A DNA stretch of 64,000 nucleotides from an uncultured Pseudomonadota bacterium (lineage in GTDB: Bacteria > Pseudomonadota > Alphaproteobacteria > RF32 > CAG-239), in assembly GCA_949295935.1 (NCBI GenBank), contig CASFMW010000001.1:2038-66037 (forward strand), read 5' to 3'. A program made the translations under genes and the position numbers. Numbering within the stretch: the first letter of the stretch is position 1; the number at the start of each line of letters is the position of its first letter. The notes below the pieces were generated by a model. That model saw nothing but the letters and a program-made list of their open reading frames with translations, had not been told where the DNA came from and did no database searches. This document shows, piece by piece, positions 10,007 through 20,867 of the stretch.

Positions 10007-12793
10007 TTAATGCGCATCAGTCCAGTTGTTACCAGCGCCGACTTCAGCAATCAGCGGTACGGCAGTTTCGGCCGCACTTTCCATAATCTGTTTGATAAGA
10101 GCGGCGGCTTGCTCGACTTCTTCTTCGGGGGCTTCAAATACCAATTCATCGTGAACTTGCAACAGCATTTTAGTTTTTAAGCCCGATTCTTGCAGGGCTT
10201 TTTGCACTTTTATCATCGCGAGTTTGATAATATCGGCCGCGCCGCCTTGAATAGGGGCATTAATCGCCGCGCGCTCAGCATTAGCGACGATTCTCTTGTT
10301 GGTGTCATTAATTCCGGGAATAAAGCACTTGCGCCCAAACGGCGTTTCTACATAACCATGCTCATGGGCAAAAGCGATGGTTTGGCTCATATAAGTTTTT
10401 ATCTCGGGCATTTCGCGAAAATACGCGTCGATATAAGCCTTAGCCTCGTCATTAGATACGCCAATTTGTTTTGCCAAACCATATTGCGAAATTCCGTAAA
10501 TAATTCCGAAGTTAATCGCCTTGGCATGACGACGTAAATCCGATGTAATCTCTTCTAAGGGTAACTTAAAGACTTTAGATGCCGTTGCGGCATGAATATC
10601 CGCGCCATGAGCAAAAGCCTCTTTAAGGGCTTTAACATCGGCAACCGACGCCATAAGCCGCAACTCCACTTGAGAATAGTCGGAAGAAATAATTTTATAG
10701 CCTTTTGGTGCTATAAAACAGGAGCGAATTTTTTTACCTTCGTCACTGCGGATAGGAATATTTTGCAGATTCGGATTAGATGAGGCCAAACGTCCGGTAT
10801 TAACCACGGTTTGTGAAAAGGTCGTGTGAACACGACTATTTTTATCCAAGAGTTCGAGTAAAGAGTCGGTATAAGTGCTTTTGAGCTTTGAAAACCCGCG
10901 CCAGTCCAAAATTTTTTGCGCCAGCTCGATTCCCTCATCGGCCAGTTTTTCCAAAACATCAGCACCTGTCTGCCACGAACCTCCGGCAGTTTTTTTGCCC
11001 TTAATCGCATTTTTTTCAAACAAGATGACGCCGATTTGCTTAGGTGAGCCGAGGTTAAATTCTTCACCGGCCAGTTGATAAATTTCTTGCTCTAATTGCT
11101 TGAGGTTTTGTTCAAATTCACGACTGAGAGCTTTTAGCGCAGCAGCATCAACCAACACGCCGTTATCTTCCATGATTTTAAGCGTTTGAATCAAGCCGCG
11201 GTCAAAATGCTCATAAATAAAGGCCTTATGTTCTTTAACCAAACGGTTTTTGAATATTTTATAAAGGCGCAGTGTAAAATCAGCATCTTCAGCGGCATAA
11301 TCAACCGCCTTTTCCAGCGGAACAAGGTCAAAGGTAATCTTGTTTTTGCCGCTGCCACAAACCTCTTCATAAGCAATCATTTTGTGGTTAAGAAACAGCA
11401 TGGCCAGTTCATCAAGCCCATGTCCGTGCTGCGATGAATCCAATACATAAGACATAACTGCGGTATCTTCAATCGGGAAAACGTTGCAGTCTTCGCCCAA
11501 AACCTGAGCGATAAAATGCAGATCAAATTTAATATTATGCCCAATTTTGAGAATAGACTTGCTTTCCATGAGCGGACGCAAATACTTTTTTACGGTCGCA
11601 AAATTCAGCAAAGAAACCTGATTTTGCACAGGCGCAGAACCAAACAAATCGCTGTTTGCTGCACCGTCATTATAAACCAACGGCAAATAAGCAGCTTCGC
11701 CGATATCCGTAGCTATAGAAATCCCCACGATTTTATCAAAATAAGGGTTAAGGCCGGTTGTTTCGGTATCAAAAGCAAAGGCGCGTTTTTCTTTAATCTT
11801 GTCAGTCCATTTTTTTAGGGTAGCCTCGTCTGTTATCAACTCATAGTCTTGTTTGGGTGCTAAAAGCTCTTTAGGTATGGCAAAAGCCGATTCTTTTCCG
11901 CTTTCTTGCGCCTCGTCAAGGGCATCGCATCGCTCATTTGCCCAGTGTTCAAAGCGTGGCTTAAGAGTACGAAAAGCATATTTATCAGCAAAGGCCATAA
12001 GCTTGTCGAGCTCGGGCTTTTGGCAAGCATAATCTTCAATCGGCAACTCGACCGGAACATCGTTTTTAAGGGTTACCAACTGTAAAGAAATCTCGGCGTC
12101 ATGACGGTGGGCGATAAGATTTTCGCGACGTTTATTTTGTTTGATTTCTCCGGCATGGTCCAAAACCTCTTGTAGCGAACCAAATTGATTAACCAGCTCG
12201 GCCGCAGTCTTAATTCCGATTCCCGGAACCCCAGGCACATTATCAATCGTATCACCGGCCAAGGCCTGAACATCAACCACACGGTTGGGATAAACGCCGA
12301 ACTTTTCTTTAACATCTTCGGGGGTAAAAAACTTATCTTTCATCGGGTCGTAATAAGAAACCCCGTCACGAATAAGCTGCATAAGGTCTTTATCGGCAGA
12401 TACCACAACCGCCTCATAACCTTTATCAGTAGCTTGTTTGGCATAAGTTGCAATCAAGTCATCGGCCTCATAACCTTCCATCTCCAAATGATGGAGATTA
12501 AGCACATCAACCGCCTCACGAATAATTGGAAATTGCGGAACCAGCTCTTCGGGAACTTCGGGACGCGTCCCTTTATAATCCGAAAAAATTTGATTACGAA
12601 AGTTCTGCCGTTTTGCGTCAAATAACACCAAACAATAATCGCACTTAATCCTTGTTGTCAGTTTAAGAAACATATTGCTGAAACCATAGACGGCATTCAC
12701 CGGCGTATTGTCGGGAGAAGTCATCATCGGCAGTCCGTAAAAGGCGCGGAAAATATAGCCCGAGCCGTCAATCAAACAAACTTTTTTAGGCAT
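10007..12793 (-). CDS. polA: DNA polymerase I
   Basis: 928 aa. It has a 5'-nuclease domain (LIDGSGYIFRAFY), a 3'-5' exonuclease domain (FAFDTETTGL) and polymerase motifs (DYSQVELRLMA, INFGIIYG, QVHDELVFE). Confidence 0.97.
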   Translation of the reverse strand: MPKKVCLIDGSGYIFRAFYGLPMMTSPDNTPVNAVYGFSNMFLKLTTRIKCDYCLVLFDAKRQNFRNQIFSDYKGTRPEVPEELVPQFPIIREAVDVLNLHHLEMEGYEADDLIATYAKQATDKGYEAVVVSADKDLMQLIRDGVSYYDPMKDKFFTPEDVKEKFGVYPNRVVDVQALAGDTIDNVPGVPGIGIKTAAELVNQFGSLQEVLDHAGEIKQNKRRENLIAHRHDAEISLQLVTLKNDVPVELPIEDYACQKPELDKLMAFADKYAFRTLKPRFEHWANERCDALDEAQESGKESAFAIPKELLAPKQDYELITDEATLKKWTDKIKEKRAFAFDTETTGLNPYFDKIVGISIATDIGEAAYLPLVYNDGAANSDLFGSAPVQNQVSLLNFATVKKYLRPLMESKSILKIGHNIKFDLHFIAQVLGEDCNVFPIEDTAVMSYVLDSSQHGHGLDELAMLFLNHKMIAYEEVCGSGKNKITFDLVPLEKAVDYAAEDADFTLRLYKIFKNRLVKEHKAFIYEHFDRGLIQTLKIMEDNGVLVDAAALKALSREFEQNLKQLEQEIYQLAGEEFNLGSPKQIGVILFEKNAIKGKKTAGGSWQTGADVLEKLADEGIELAQKILDWRGFSKLKSTYTDSLLELLDKNSRVHTTFSQTVVNTGRLASSNPNLQNIPIRSDEGKKIRSCFIAPKGYKIISSDYSQVELRLMASVADVKALKEAFAHGADIHAATASKVFKLPLEEITSDLRRHAKAINFGIIYGISQYGLAKQIGVSNDEAKAYIDAYFREMPEIKTYMSQTIAFAHEHGYVETPFGRKCFIPGINDTNKRIVANAERAAINAPIQGGAADIIKLAMIKVQKALQESGLKTKMLLQVHDELVFEAPEEEVEQAAALIKQIMESAAETAVPLIAEVGAGNNWTDAH

Positions 12794-12834
12794 AATTCAA
12801 AAACTTCAACAAAGCCGATGAATGAAAATGCTTT

Positions 12835-13035
12835 TTATTCGCCGGCAGATAAAAAGAAGGCGCGTTCACTGCTGTTAACGGCACAAAAATCGGCGCGGAA
12901 ATCGTCTTCGTATTCAGCGGTATAGGCTTTAACGGCACGAATAATACAATCTTCAACGGACAACCCGTTTTTCAGAGCGATGGATTTGAGCTCGTTAAAA
13001 GTAGCATCATCAATTTGCGCAGATACGATAGTCAT
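12835..13035 (-). CDS. small ribbon-helix-helix (CopG/Arc-like) protein
   Basis: 66 aa. The N-terminal region MTIVSAQIDDATFNELKSIALKNGLSVEDCIIRAVKAY fits a beta-strand / helix / helix RHH pattern. There is no adjacent toxin-sized ORF. Confidence 0.45.
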   Translation of the reverse strand: MTIVSAQIDDATFNELKSIALKNGLSVEDCIIRAVKAYTAEYEDDFRADFCAVNSSERAFFLSAGE

Positions 13036-13105
13036 AAAATTTTCCTTAACTTATTTGATATAAAATACATACAACAATTGATGAATCCTGACAAGGGCAA
13101 ATTCC

Positions 13106-14908
13106 ATGGTAAAAAAGAATACAAAGAAAAAATCACCCAAGAAAACCAAAAAAAGAGAGTCAAAACAAAGGTCTATATTAATGCGTTTGGCAATAAAAGT
13201 TGTTCTGGCGCTGGTGATAACTTTTACCTTATGGATTCTGTGGTGTATTTATACCATGCCCGATATTGAAAAAGCGGTTGAACGCACACGCCAACCCTCC
13301 ACCATGATTATCGCCGAAAATGGAAACGAGATACATAGCTTCGGCAATGTCTATTCGGAAGTTGTTTATTTAGATGAGCTCCCACCTTATGTAGCTGATG
13401 CAGTCATTTCAACTGAAGACAGACGCTTTTACGAGCATTTTGGCTTTGATATTATCAGCTTTACCCGAGCTATGCTGGTAAATTTGTGGCATCGGAGCTA
13501 TGTTCAGGGTGGTTCAACCATAAGTCAACAAGTTGCCAAAAACTTGTTTTTAACCGCAAACAAGACGATAAAAAGAAAAGTCCAAGAACTACTGCTTGCC
13601 TTTTGGTTGGAAAGTAAGTTTACCAAAGACCAGATTTTAACACTGTATTTAAATCGTGTTTATCTTGGCGCAGGAACTTATGGAATAGAGGCGGCATCGC
13701 AAAAATATTTTCAAAAATCCTCCCGCGATATGAACTTGCTTGAAGCAGCCATTATCGCCGGCATGTTAAAGGCGCCGTCACGTTATAATCCGATAGCCAG
13801 TGAAGAGAGAGCCAGAGAGCGTGCTGCTGTTGTGCTGGATAATATGGTAAAAGCAGAGGCCATAACCGAAGAACAGCGTCAAAATGCTTTAAAGATGAAA
13901 CTCGGGCCGGAAAAATCTTATAAAGTAAAAGGTGCGCGCCATTTTGCCGATTGGGTATATCAAGATGTAAATGATTATATTGGCGAACGTGACAATGATA
14001 TTTATGTTGCCACCACCTTAGATCAAGATATTCAGCAAAAGGCCGAAAAAATTCTTCACGATTCGCTAAAGGCTTGGGCCGCAAGAGATGTTACCCAAGG
14101 CGCAATTGTGGTGCTGGATAAACAAGGCGCGGTAAAGGCGATGGTCGGCGGCATAAATTATGAAAAAAGTCAGTTTAACCGAGCCACTCAAGCTTTGCGT
14201 CAACCCGGATCGTCTTTCAAGCCGTTTGTTTATTTAACTGCGCTGGAGAATGGTTTTTACCCTGATGATGTTGTGAACGATTCGCCGATAAATATCCGTG
14301 GCTGGAAGCCGGAGAATTATGATAAGCAATATCATGGAGAGGTAACATTAACTGAGGCGTTAAAGGATTCGCTCAATTTGGCAACCATTAATTTGGCTAA
14401 TGCAGTTGGTCGAGATAAAATTATCAAAACCGCCAGAAGAATGGGAATAAGCACACCGATAGAAAATACACCTTCCATGGCTTTAGGAGCATTCGAGGTA
14501 AAAGTTTTGGACATAGCAGTGGCTTATGCTTCAATCGCTAATGGTGGCTATGAGGTTTGGCCGCATGCTATTCAAGAAATTTACACACGAGACGGCTATC
14601 AGCTTTATATGAGAGAACAAGATGATCCTAACCAAATTTTAGATGAAGACGCGGTAGAAGAATTAACTCAAATGCTGGAAGAAGTTTTAGATTCGGGAAC
14701 CGGAAAAAGGGCAAAACTTCCGTTTTTCGTCGCCGGAAAAACCGGAACAACGCAGGATTATCGCGATGCATGGTTTGTTGGATTTACTGATAACTATATT
14801 GCCGCAGTTTGGGTTGGAAATGATGATAATTCACCGATGAAAGGCGTTACCGGCGGCACGCTTCCTGCCCAAATCTGGAAAGAGGTCATGCTTGCGGCCG
14901 AAAATTAA
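13106..14908 (+). CDS. class A penicillin-binding protein (glycosyltransferase GT51 + transpeptidase)
   Basis: It has an N-terminal TM helix. GT51 motifs are EDRRFYEHFG, GGSTISQQVAKN and RKVQE. Transpeptidase motifs are SSFKP (SxxK), SLN and KTGTT. Confidence 0.9.
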   Translation: MVKKNTKKKSPKKTKKRESKQRSILMRLAIKVVLALVITFTLWILWCIYTMPDIEKAVERTRQPSTMIIAENGNEIHSFGNVYSEVVYLDELPPYVADAVISTEDRRFYEHFGFDIISFTRAMLVNLWHRSYVQGGSTISQQVAKNLFLTANKTIKRKVQELLLAFWLESKFTKDQILTLYLNRVYLGAGTYGIEAASQKYFQKSSRDMNLLEAAIIAGMLKAPSRYNPIASEERARERAAVVLDNMVKAEAITEEQRQNALKMKLGPEKSYKVKGARHFADWVYQDVNDYIGERDNDIYVATTLDQDIQQKAEKILHDSLKAWAARDVTQGAIVVLDKQGAVKAMVGGINYEKSQFNRATQALRQPGSSFKPFVYLTALENGFYPDDVVNDSPINIRGWKPENYDKQYHGEVTLTEALKDSLNLATINLANAVGRDKIIKTARRMGISTPIENTPSMALGAFEVKVLDIAVAYASIANGGYEVWPHAIQEIYTRDGYQLYMREQDDPNQILDEDAVEELTQMLEEVLDSGTGKRAKLPFFVAGKTGTTQDYRDAWFVGFTDNYIAAVWVGNDDNSPMKGVTGGTLPAQIWKEVMLAAEN

Positions 14909-15011
14909 CATTCAAAAATATGATTAATAAAAAAATAGTGCTTTTATGTTTGAAAGAAATATATATAATACGAACCAAAGCAAATGATAATTATTGAAGA
15001 GGAAAATACAG

Positions 15012-16547
15012 ATGAGACAAAAACCAGTAATGCTCCTTATTTTAGATGGCTGGGGCTATCGTGAAAAAACAACACAAGATAACGCTATCGAAATGGGAAA
15101 CACCCCAAATTGGCACAAACTTGTCAGTGAATGTCCGACTTGTTTTGTTGAAACTTCTGGCTTAGACGTCGGTTTGCCGACCGGACAAATGGGCAACTCC
15201 GAAGTTGGTCACATGAACCTAGGTGCCGGACGTGTTGTCATGCAAGACTTGCCTAGAATAGATACCGCTATTGAAGATGGTTCAATAAGAGATAATCCGA
15301 TTCTCAAAGACATGATTGAAACTTTGAAAAAGAGCGGCAAAACCTGTCATGTCATGGGCTTGATGTCACCGGGTGGCGTTCACTCTTCTCAGGATCATAT
15401 CGTTGCTTTATGCAAAATTTTGGCAGATAGCAAAATTAATGTTGCCGTCCATGCTTTCTTAGATGGTCGCGATACGCCACCGACTTCTGCTCAAGAATAT
15501 GTTAACAATTTTGAAAAAGAAATCAGTGCCTTGCCAACAGTAAAAATTGCCACGATTGCCGGCCGTTTTTATGCCATGGACAGAGATAAACGCTGGGATA
15601 GAGTTGAAGCCGCCTATAACGCCATCGTTTCGGCTGAAGGAAATTATGCACCGACTGCAAATGAGGCGATTGCAACCTCTTATGAACGTGGTGTCAATGA
15701 TGAGTTTGTCGTTCCTTGCGTGATTGATGGTTACAAAGGGGCAGAGGACGGCGATGTTGTTTTGATGTGTAACTTCCGTGCCGACCGCGCCAGAGAAATT
15801 TTATATGCCTTAGGCGATAAAGACTTTGACGGATTCTCTCGTAAGAAAATCGTTAATTTTGCAGAGTGCATCGGTATGACCGAATATTCTGTTGACCATC
15901 GCCGCTTTATGAAAACTTTGTTCGGACCGGAAGTTTTAACCAATATTTTTGGTGAGGTTGTTTCTGAACATGGTTTGACGCAGCTTCGCATTGCCGAAAC
16001 CGAAAAATATGCCCATGTCACATTCTTCTTCAATGGTGGTGAAGAGCGCGAGTTTAAAGGTGAAGAACGAATTCTTATCCCCAGCCCAAAAGTTGCAACT
16101 TATGACCTCAAGCCGGAAATGTCGGTTTATGAAGTAACCGAAAAACTGGTTGACGCAATCGAAAATCAAAAATTTGATGTCATTATCTGCAACTTTGCTA
16201 ATGGTGACATGGTAGGCCACACCGGCATTATGGAAGCCGCATTGAAGGCCGTTGCCGCTGTTGATGACTGTGTTGGCAAAGTTGCCGCCGCCATTAAAAA
16301 GGTAGACGGAACCCTGTTCATTACGGCTGACCATGGTAATGTTGAAAAAATGGTCGATGAACAAACCGGTGCCCCTTATACGGCACATACCGTCGGTAAA
16401 GTCAGAGCCGTTTTGTATAACTGCAACAAACCGATAAAAGGTTTGAAAGATGGTCGCTTGGCAGATGTATCTCCGACCCTTTTGGACTTGCTTGGTATCG
16501 AGCAGCCAAAAGAAATGACAGGACAGTCTTTGCTGATAAAAGAGTAA
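15012..16547 (+). CDS. gpmI: 2,3-bisphosphoglycerate-independent phosphoglycerate mutase
   Basis: MRQKPVMLLILDGWGYRE...GNSEVGHMNLGAGR...DGRDTPP...NGDMVGHTG...ADHGN. I chose the ATG at 15012; the track start at 14994 is a TTG. Confidence 0.95.
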   Translation: MRQKPVMLLILDGWGYREKTTQDNAIEMGNTPNWHKLVSECPTCFVETSGLDVGLPTGQMGNSEVGHMNLGAGRVVMQDLPRIDTAIEDGSIRDNPILKDMIETLKKSGKTCHVMGLMSPGGVHSSQDHIVALCKILADSKINVAVHAFLDGRDTPPTSAQEYVNNFEKEISALPTVKIATIAGRFYAMDRDKRWDRVEAAYNAIVSAEGNYAPTANEAIATSYERGVNDEFVVPCVIDGYKGAEDGDVVLMCNFRADRAREILYALGDKDFDGFSRKKIVNFAECIGMTEYSVDHRRFMKTLFGPEVLTNIFGEVVSEHGLTQLRIAETEKYAHVTFFFNGGEEREFKGEERILIPSPKVATYDLKPEMSVYEVTEKLVDAIENQKFDVIICNFANGDMVGHTGIMEAALKAVAAVDDCVGKVAAAIKKVDGTLFITADHGNVEKMVDEQTGAPYTAHTVGKVRAVLYNCNKPIKGLKDGRLADVSPTLLDLLGIEQPKEMTGQSLLIKE

Positions 16548-16559
16548 AGAACAACGAAG

Positions 16560-17795
16560 ATGAAAACACTTGTTGCCAAAATCATAGGACTTGCGCTGGG
16601 AATAAATTTATTCTCGGCACAAGCCCTTATGGCGGCAGATGTCTCAAAGTCAGATTTGGCGCGGATGGAAAAGCAAATGGCCGAGCAAGATGCCGAAAGC
16701 AAACGTCTGGCCAAACAAGCTGCCGAGATTACGGAAGAAGTCAAAACCCTAAGCGCTAATATTGTAAAATACGCCAAGGTCATTCAAAACAACGAAGACA
16801 AAATTTCTTCCATGGAAAAAGAGCTTGAACAATTACAACAAGATCTTAAAGCGGCCGAAGCAAGCTTTACGCTGGAGGACGAACATTTAATCAAAACCTT
16901 GTCCGCACTGCAAAATCTAGCATTAAAGCCAACGGAATCATTGTTTGTTCAACCCTTAACACCGGTTGAAATTATCCGCAGTGCAATGTTGCTGCGAGAA
17001 ACTGTTCCTCAGCTTGAAGAAAATGCCAATCGTATAAAGGCCCAGCTTGACAAGATAGAAAAACAAAAACAACAAGTCGAAACTCAGGTCAAAAAAATAA
17101 TCAATCAAAAAGAACAAATGGAGCAAGAGCATGCTGAATTAAAGTCTATGATGAAGCGAAAATCAGCCTTGCGAAACTCCATAGAAAACAAGTCAGAAGA
17201 GGCTAAAAAGAAAGTCACCAAGCTGGCGGCGCAAGCACAAGATTTAAGAGATTTACTAGACAAGCTCGAAAAAGAACGTCAAGAAAAATTGCGCAAAGAA
17301 CAAGAAGCCGAACGCAAACGCCTCGCTGAAGAAAAACGCAAAAAGAAAGAAGAGGAAAAACAAAGAGCTGACTTGATTAAATTCAAACCGCAGTCTATAA
17401 AAGAAATAGGCGAAAACTTTATCAAAGCCAAGGGTAAACTGCCGCTTCCGGCCAGAGGCCAAATCGTCACGCGTTATGGCGAAGAAACCGCCAAAGGAGT
17501 CACCTCCAAAGGCATAATCGTCAAGACCAGACCACAGGCTCAGGTCGTTGCACCTTTCGATGGAAATGTCATTTTTGCAGGACCATTCCGCGGCTATGGT
17601 AATGTGATTATTATAGAACACGGCAAAGGTTATTTAAGCCTCATGGCTGGTCTGGACACGGTTGATTGCGAATTAGGACAAATGCTCCTCGCCGGAGAAC
17701 CGATAGGCCTTATGCCGGAAGACGATTCGAAACTATATGTGGAGATAAGGAAAGATAATCATCCGATAAATCCGCTGACATGGATAAAGAGTTAA
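16560..17795 (+). CDS. EnvC-like murein hydrolase activator / M23 (LytM) peptidase-family protein
   Basis: It has a signal peptide, a long coiled coil rich in E/K/Q, and a C-terminal LytM domain (VVAPFDGNVIFAGPFRGYGNVIIIEHGKGYLSLMAG). It sits in the conserved gpmI-envC-ctpA context. Confidence 0.8.
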   Translation: MKTLVAKIIGLALGINLFSAQALMAADVSKSDLARMEKQMAEQDAESKRLAKQAAEITEEVKTLSANIVKYAKVIQNNEDKISSMEKELEQLQQDLKAAEASFTLEDEHLIKTLSALQNLALKPTESLFVQPLTPVEIIRSAMLLRETVPQLEENANRIKAQLDKIEKQKQQVETQVKKIINQKEQMEQEHAELKSMMKRKSALRNSIENKSEEAKKKVTKLAAQAQDLRDLLDKLEKERQEKLRKEQEAERKRLAEEKRKKKEEEKQRADLIKFKPQSIKEIGENFIKAKGKLPLPARGQIVTRYGEETAKGVTSKGIIVKTRPQAQVVAPFDGNVIFAGPFRGYGNVIIIEHGKGYLSLMAGLDTVDCELGQMLLAGEPIGLMPEDDSKLYVEIRKDNHPINPLTWIKS

Positions 17796-17811
17796 TAAGA
17801 TAGGAACACAA

Positions 17812-19131
17812 ATGATAAAAAAACTTTCATTAATCACGGCAACAGCATTAAGCTTAATCATCATGAGCAGCAACACGGTTTTTGCTGCCCCAAAAGTTGA
17901 TAAAAAAGCCAATACAGAAAATGCTAACACATATGAGATGTTAAATTTGTTTGGCGATGTTATGGAGCGCGCCAAAAATTCCTATGTTGAAGAAGTCAGC
18001 GATGAACAGTTGATTGAAGCCGCCATTAACGGAATGCTCACATCACTTGACCCTCATTCGAGCTATATGGACGGTAAAGACTTCAAATATATGAGTGAGC
18101 AGACCAAAGGCAAATTTGGTGGCCTCGGAATTGAAGTCACAATGGAAAGCGGCGTGGTTAAAGTCATTTCTCCGATGGATGACACCCCTGCTTACAAGGC
18201 AGGCTTAAAACCTGGGGACTATATCATCAGCATTGATGATGAATCTGTTGTCGGCATGAGCTTAAATGACGCTGTTGACCGCATGAGAGGCAAAATTGGC
18301 ACAAAAGTAAAGCTAACGATTCGCCGTTTTAATGAAAAACCTTTTGACGTTACGATTAAACGTGAAGAAATTAAAATCCAATCTGTCAAAACCAGCATAA
18401 AAGGCGAGGATGTTTTATACATCCGCATAACCTCTTTTAGCGAAGATGTTGACACCGCCATCAGCAAAGCCGTTAAAGACGCGGAAAAGAAATATAAAGA
18501 CAAATTAAAAGGGATTATAATTGATGTTCGCAACAATCCCGGCGGCTTATTAGACCAAGCCGTCAATGTTTCTGACTTGTTCCTTGATAAAGGCGAGATT
18601 GTCTCTACCCGCTCAAGAAATGAAGAAGATACAGTAAAATATACCGCAAAACCTGGCGATATTGCTAAAGGCTTGCCGATTGTTATTTTGGTAAATGATG
18701 GCTCAGCTTCGGCTTCAGAGATCGTGGCAGGAGCTTTGCAGGACCATAAGCGCGCCGTTATTTTGGGTGAAAAAACTTTTGGTAAAGGCTCTGTTCAAAC
18801 CGTTATTCCTTTAGACAATCACGGAGCAATGCGCTTAACCACAGCCCGCTATTATACACCGTCCGGCCGTTCCATTCAGGTAAACGGCATTGTGCCGGAT
18901 ATCATTGTTAAGCCTTCAAAGGTCGAAGAGATTGAAAATAATTTCGAGTTGAGTGAAGGCGAATATAAAAATGCATTAAAGAATGATAGCGAAGACAAAA
19001 ACGCCGCCAAAAAGCTTGAAGCAGCCAAGGCCGAAAAAGAAGAATTAGCCAAAGATTACCAGCTGTCTCAAGGACTCAATCTAGTCCGTGCTTTGGGCTT
19101 GTATAAACAAGGCTTGGATAAAAATAAGTAA
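17812..19131 (+). CDS. ctpA: carboxy-terminal processing protease (S41)
   Basis: It has a signal peptide, a PDZ domain (GLGIEV...PAYKAGLKPGDYIISID) and an S41 catalytic region (VNDGSASASEIVAGALQD, FGKGSVQ). Confidence 0.9.
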   Translation: MIKKLSLITATALSLIIMSSNTVFAAPKVDKKANTENANTYEMLNLFGDVMERAKNSYVEEVSDEQLIEAAINGMLTSLDPHSSYMDGKDFKYMSEQTKGKFGGLGIEVTMESGVVKVISPMDDTPAYKAGLKPGDYIISIDDESVVGMSLNDAVDRMRGKIGTKVKLTIRRFNEKPFDVTIKREEIKIQSVKTSIKGEDVLYIRITSFSEDVDTAISKAVKDAEKKYKDKLKGIIIDVRNNPGGLLDQAVNVSDLFLDKGEIVSTRSRNEEDTVKYTAKPGDIAKGLPIVILVNDGSASASEIVAGALQDHKRAVILGEKTFGKGSVQTVIPLDNHGAMRLTTARYYTPSGRSIQVNGIVPDIIVKPSKVEEIENNFELSEGEYKNALKNDSEDKNAAKKLEAAKAEKEELAKDYQLSQGLNLVRALGLYKQGLDKNK

Positions 19132-19140
19132 GGATACACC

Positions 19141-20316
19141 GTGGCAAAAACGCTCAAACAAAAGCTCTTAATCTTAGGTATAATAATCGGAATAATCTTG
19201 TTTGTTACCGGAATAGGCTATTATTTTGCCAAGCAAAAGAGCGAGCCGGAGTTTGACAGCAAAATTGACCGCATAATGTTTGAGCGCAAAAACAAATCGC
19301 CCAAATACATCATCACGCTGCCGGATAAGTTTTTTTATTCCAGAAAAGAAGAGTTTATGAACGCTAAGGATGAAAAAACTGAAGTAGAAAAAGACGAAAG
19401 CTATGAGCAAAAGTTACAACGCCTGATGAAGGAGACGCCACACATCGGCAAGCTGAAAAATATTGAAGGAAAGAAGTCTCTTCCATTGATTGAAAGCAGC
19501 AAAGACCTTGAAAGTACCATAAATGAAATAACAGTTCCTGCCACATCATCTGATGGCAAAAAGCCATGGATAGAATATGCCATGCCTCCTAAAGAGATAC
19601 AGCCAAACTTTTTCAAAGTTGCAATCTTAATAAACGGAATGGGTCTTAACTATCGTATGAGTGAAGAATTGATAGGCAAATTTCCATCAGAAGTTGGATT
19701 CGCATTTTCTCCTTATGGTCGTGATAACAAAAAAATTATACAACAAGCGCGCCAACAAGGACATGAAACTTATGCAGACTTGTTGTTGGCATCAAAAGAT
19801 TTCTTAAAATCAGATAGCGGTCCGTTGTCCTTAAGCATCACCGCCAGTTTAGATGAAAACAAATTGCGCGTATATAAAACTTTATCAGGTGCAATGCCAA
19901 CCGGAGGAATAGTCATTAATGATGGCATGGCCGGAGAAGATAGCCGTCCGAGAATTAAAGAGCTTTTAGAAGAGGTGGGCAAGCTCGGATTGTTAATGAT
20001 AGACGCAACTGGAGAAGATGATGTCAGCAAGATAGAACTTTCCGGCATTCCTCGTCGCAAAGCCGATATTGTCATAAAGGATGATTTCCACCCCGAAACA
20101 ATCAGACAACAGTTAAAAGAAGCAGAGTTTATTGCCCAAGAAAAAGGCAGCGTTTTGATTGTTAGCGGAATGAAAGCCTCAGCAATCAGAGAACTCAGTG
20201 AATGGATAAATACATTCTCACCGCAATTAAGCTACCAACAGATGAAAGAACAAGGCGTAGAGGAAATAGAACGTCCGTTTGCTCTGGTTCCGATATCTTC
20301 AACCGTTACCGAGTAA
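19141..20316 (+). CDS. divergent polysaccharide deacetylase family protein (YibQ-like)
   Basis: GTG start and an N-terminal TM helix. The C-terminal domain (VAILINGMGLNYRMSEE...FAFSPYG...ARQQGHETYADL) resembles the YibQ/DUF610 family. The position downstream of ctpA is the usual one in Alphaproteobacteria. Confidence 0.6.
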   Translation: MAKTLKQKLLILGIIIGIILFVTGIGYYFAKQKSEPEFDSKIDRIMFERKNKSPKYIITLPDKFFYSRKEEFMNAKDEKTEVEKDESYEQKLQRLMKETPHIGKLKNIEGKKSLPLIESSKDLESTINEITVPATSSDGKKPWIEYAMPPKEIQPNFFKVAILINGMGLNYRMSEELIGKFPSEVGFAFSPYGRDNKKIIQQARQQGHETYADLLLASKDFLKSDSGPLSLSITASLDENKLRVYKTLSGAMPTGGIVINDGMAGEDSRPRIKELLEEVGKLGLLMIDATGEDDVSKIELSGIPRRKADIVIKDDFHPETIRQQLKEAEFIAQEKGSVLIVSGMKASAIRELSEWINTFSPQLSYQQMKEQGVEEIERPFALVPISSTVTE

Positions 20317-20320
20317 AAAG

Positions 20321-20797
20321 ATGAAAAAATATCGCAAGAACGCCGGAATTGTTGTGTTTAATCGAGACAAAAAAGTCTTGATGTGCGAAAGAATAGAAGG
20401 AGAAAGCGGCAAGAGCTGGCAGTTTCCTCAAGGCGGTATGGAACAAGGAGAAACCCCGGAAGCCGCCGCCCGTCGTGAATTAAAAGAAGAAACATCTGTC
20501 ACCTCTGTTCGCTTAATTGCCCAAATAAAAGAAGGATTAAAATATGACTTTCCGCCGGAGATAAAAGAGCGCTTTTCTCATCGCGGCATTGACACGGACG
20601 GACAAGAACAATTTTGGTCACTTTTTTTGTTTGAAGGCAACGAAAGCGAAATAAACTTAAAGACGGTCGAGCCGGAGTTCAAAAACTGGCGCTGGAATGA
20701 TATTACGCAAGCCGACAAACATGTTATTGCTTTCAAGCAAGAAATATATCGCCGCGTGATAAAAGAGTTTGCTCCGATAATAGAAAAATTTGAGTAA
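20321..20797 (+). CDS. rppH: RNA pyrophosphohydrolase (Nudix)
   Basis: MKKYRKNAGIVVFNRDKKVLMCER...WQFPQGGMEQGETPEAAARRELKEETS contains the Nudix box GX5EX7REUXEEXGU. The product is 158 aa. Confidence 0.85.
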   Translation: MKKYRKNAGIVVFNRDKKVLMCERIEGESGKSWQFPQGGMEQGETPEAAARRELKEETSVTSVRLIAQIKEGLKYDFPPEIKERFSHRGIDTDGQEQFWSLFLFEGNESEINLKTVEPEFKNWRWNDITQADKHVIAFKQEIYRRVIKEFAPIIEKFE

Positions 20798-20867
20798 AAT
20801 TAATCTTTAAATAGACGAAAAAATGTGCTATACTCCGAGCATAATTAAGCTTTTCGGAGTAAAAGAT

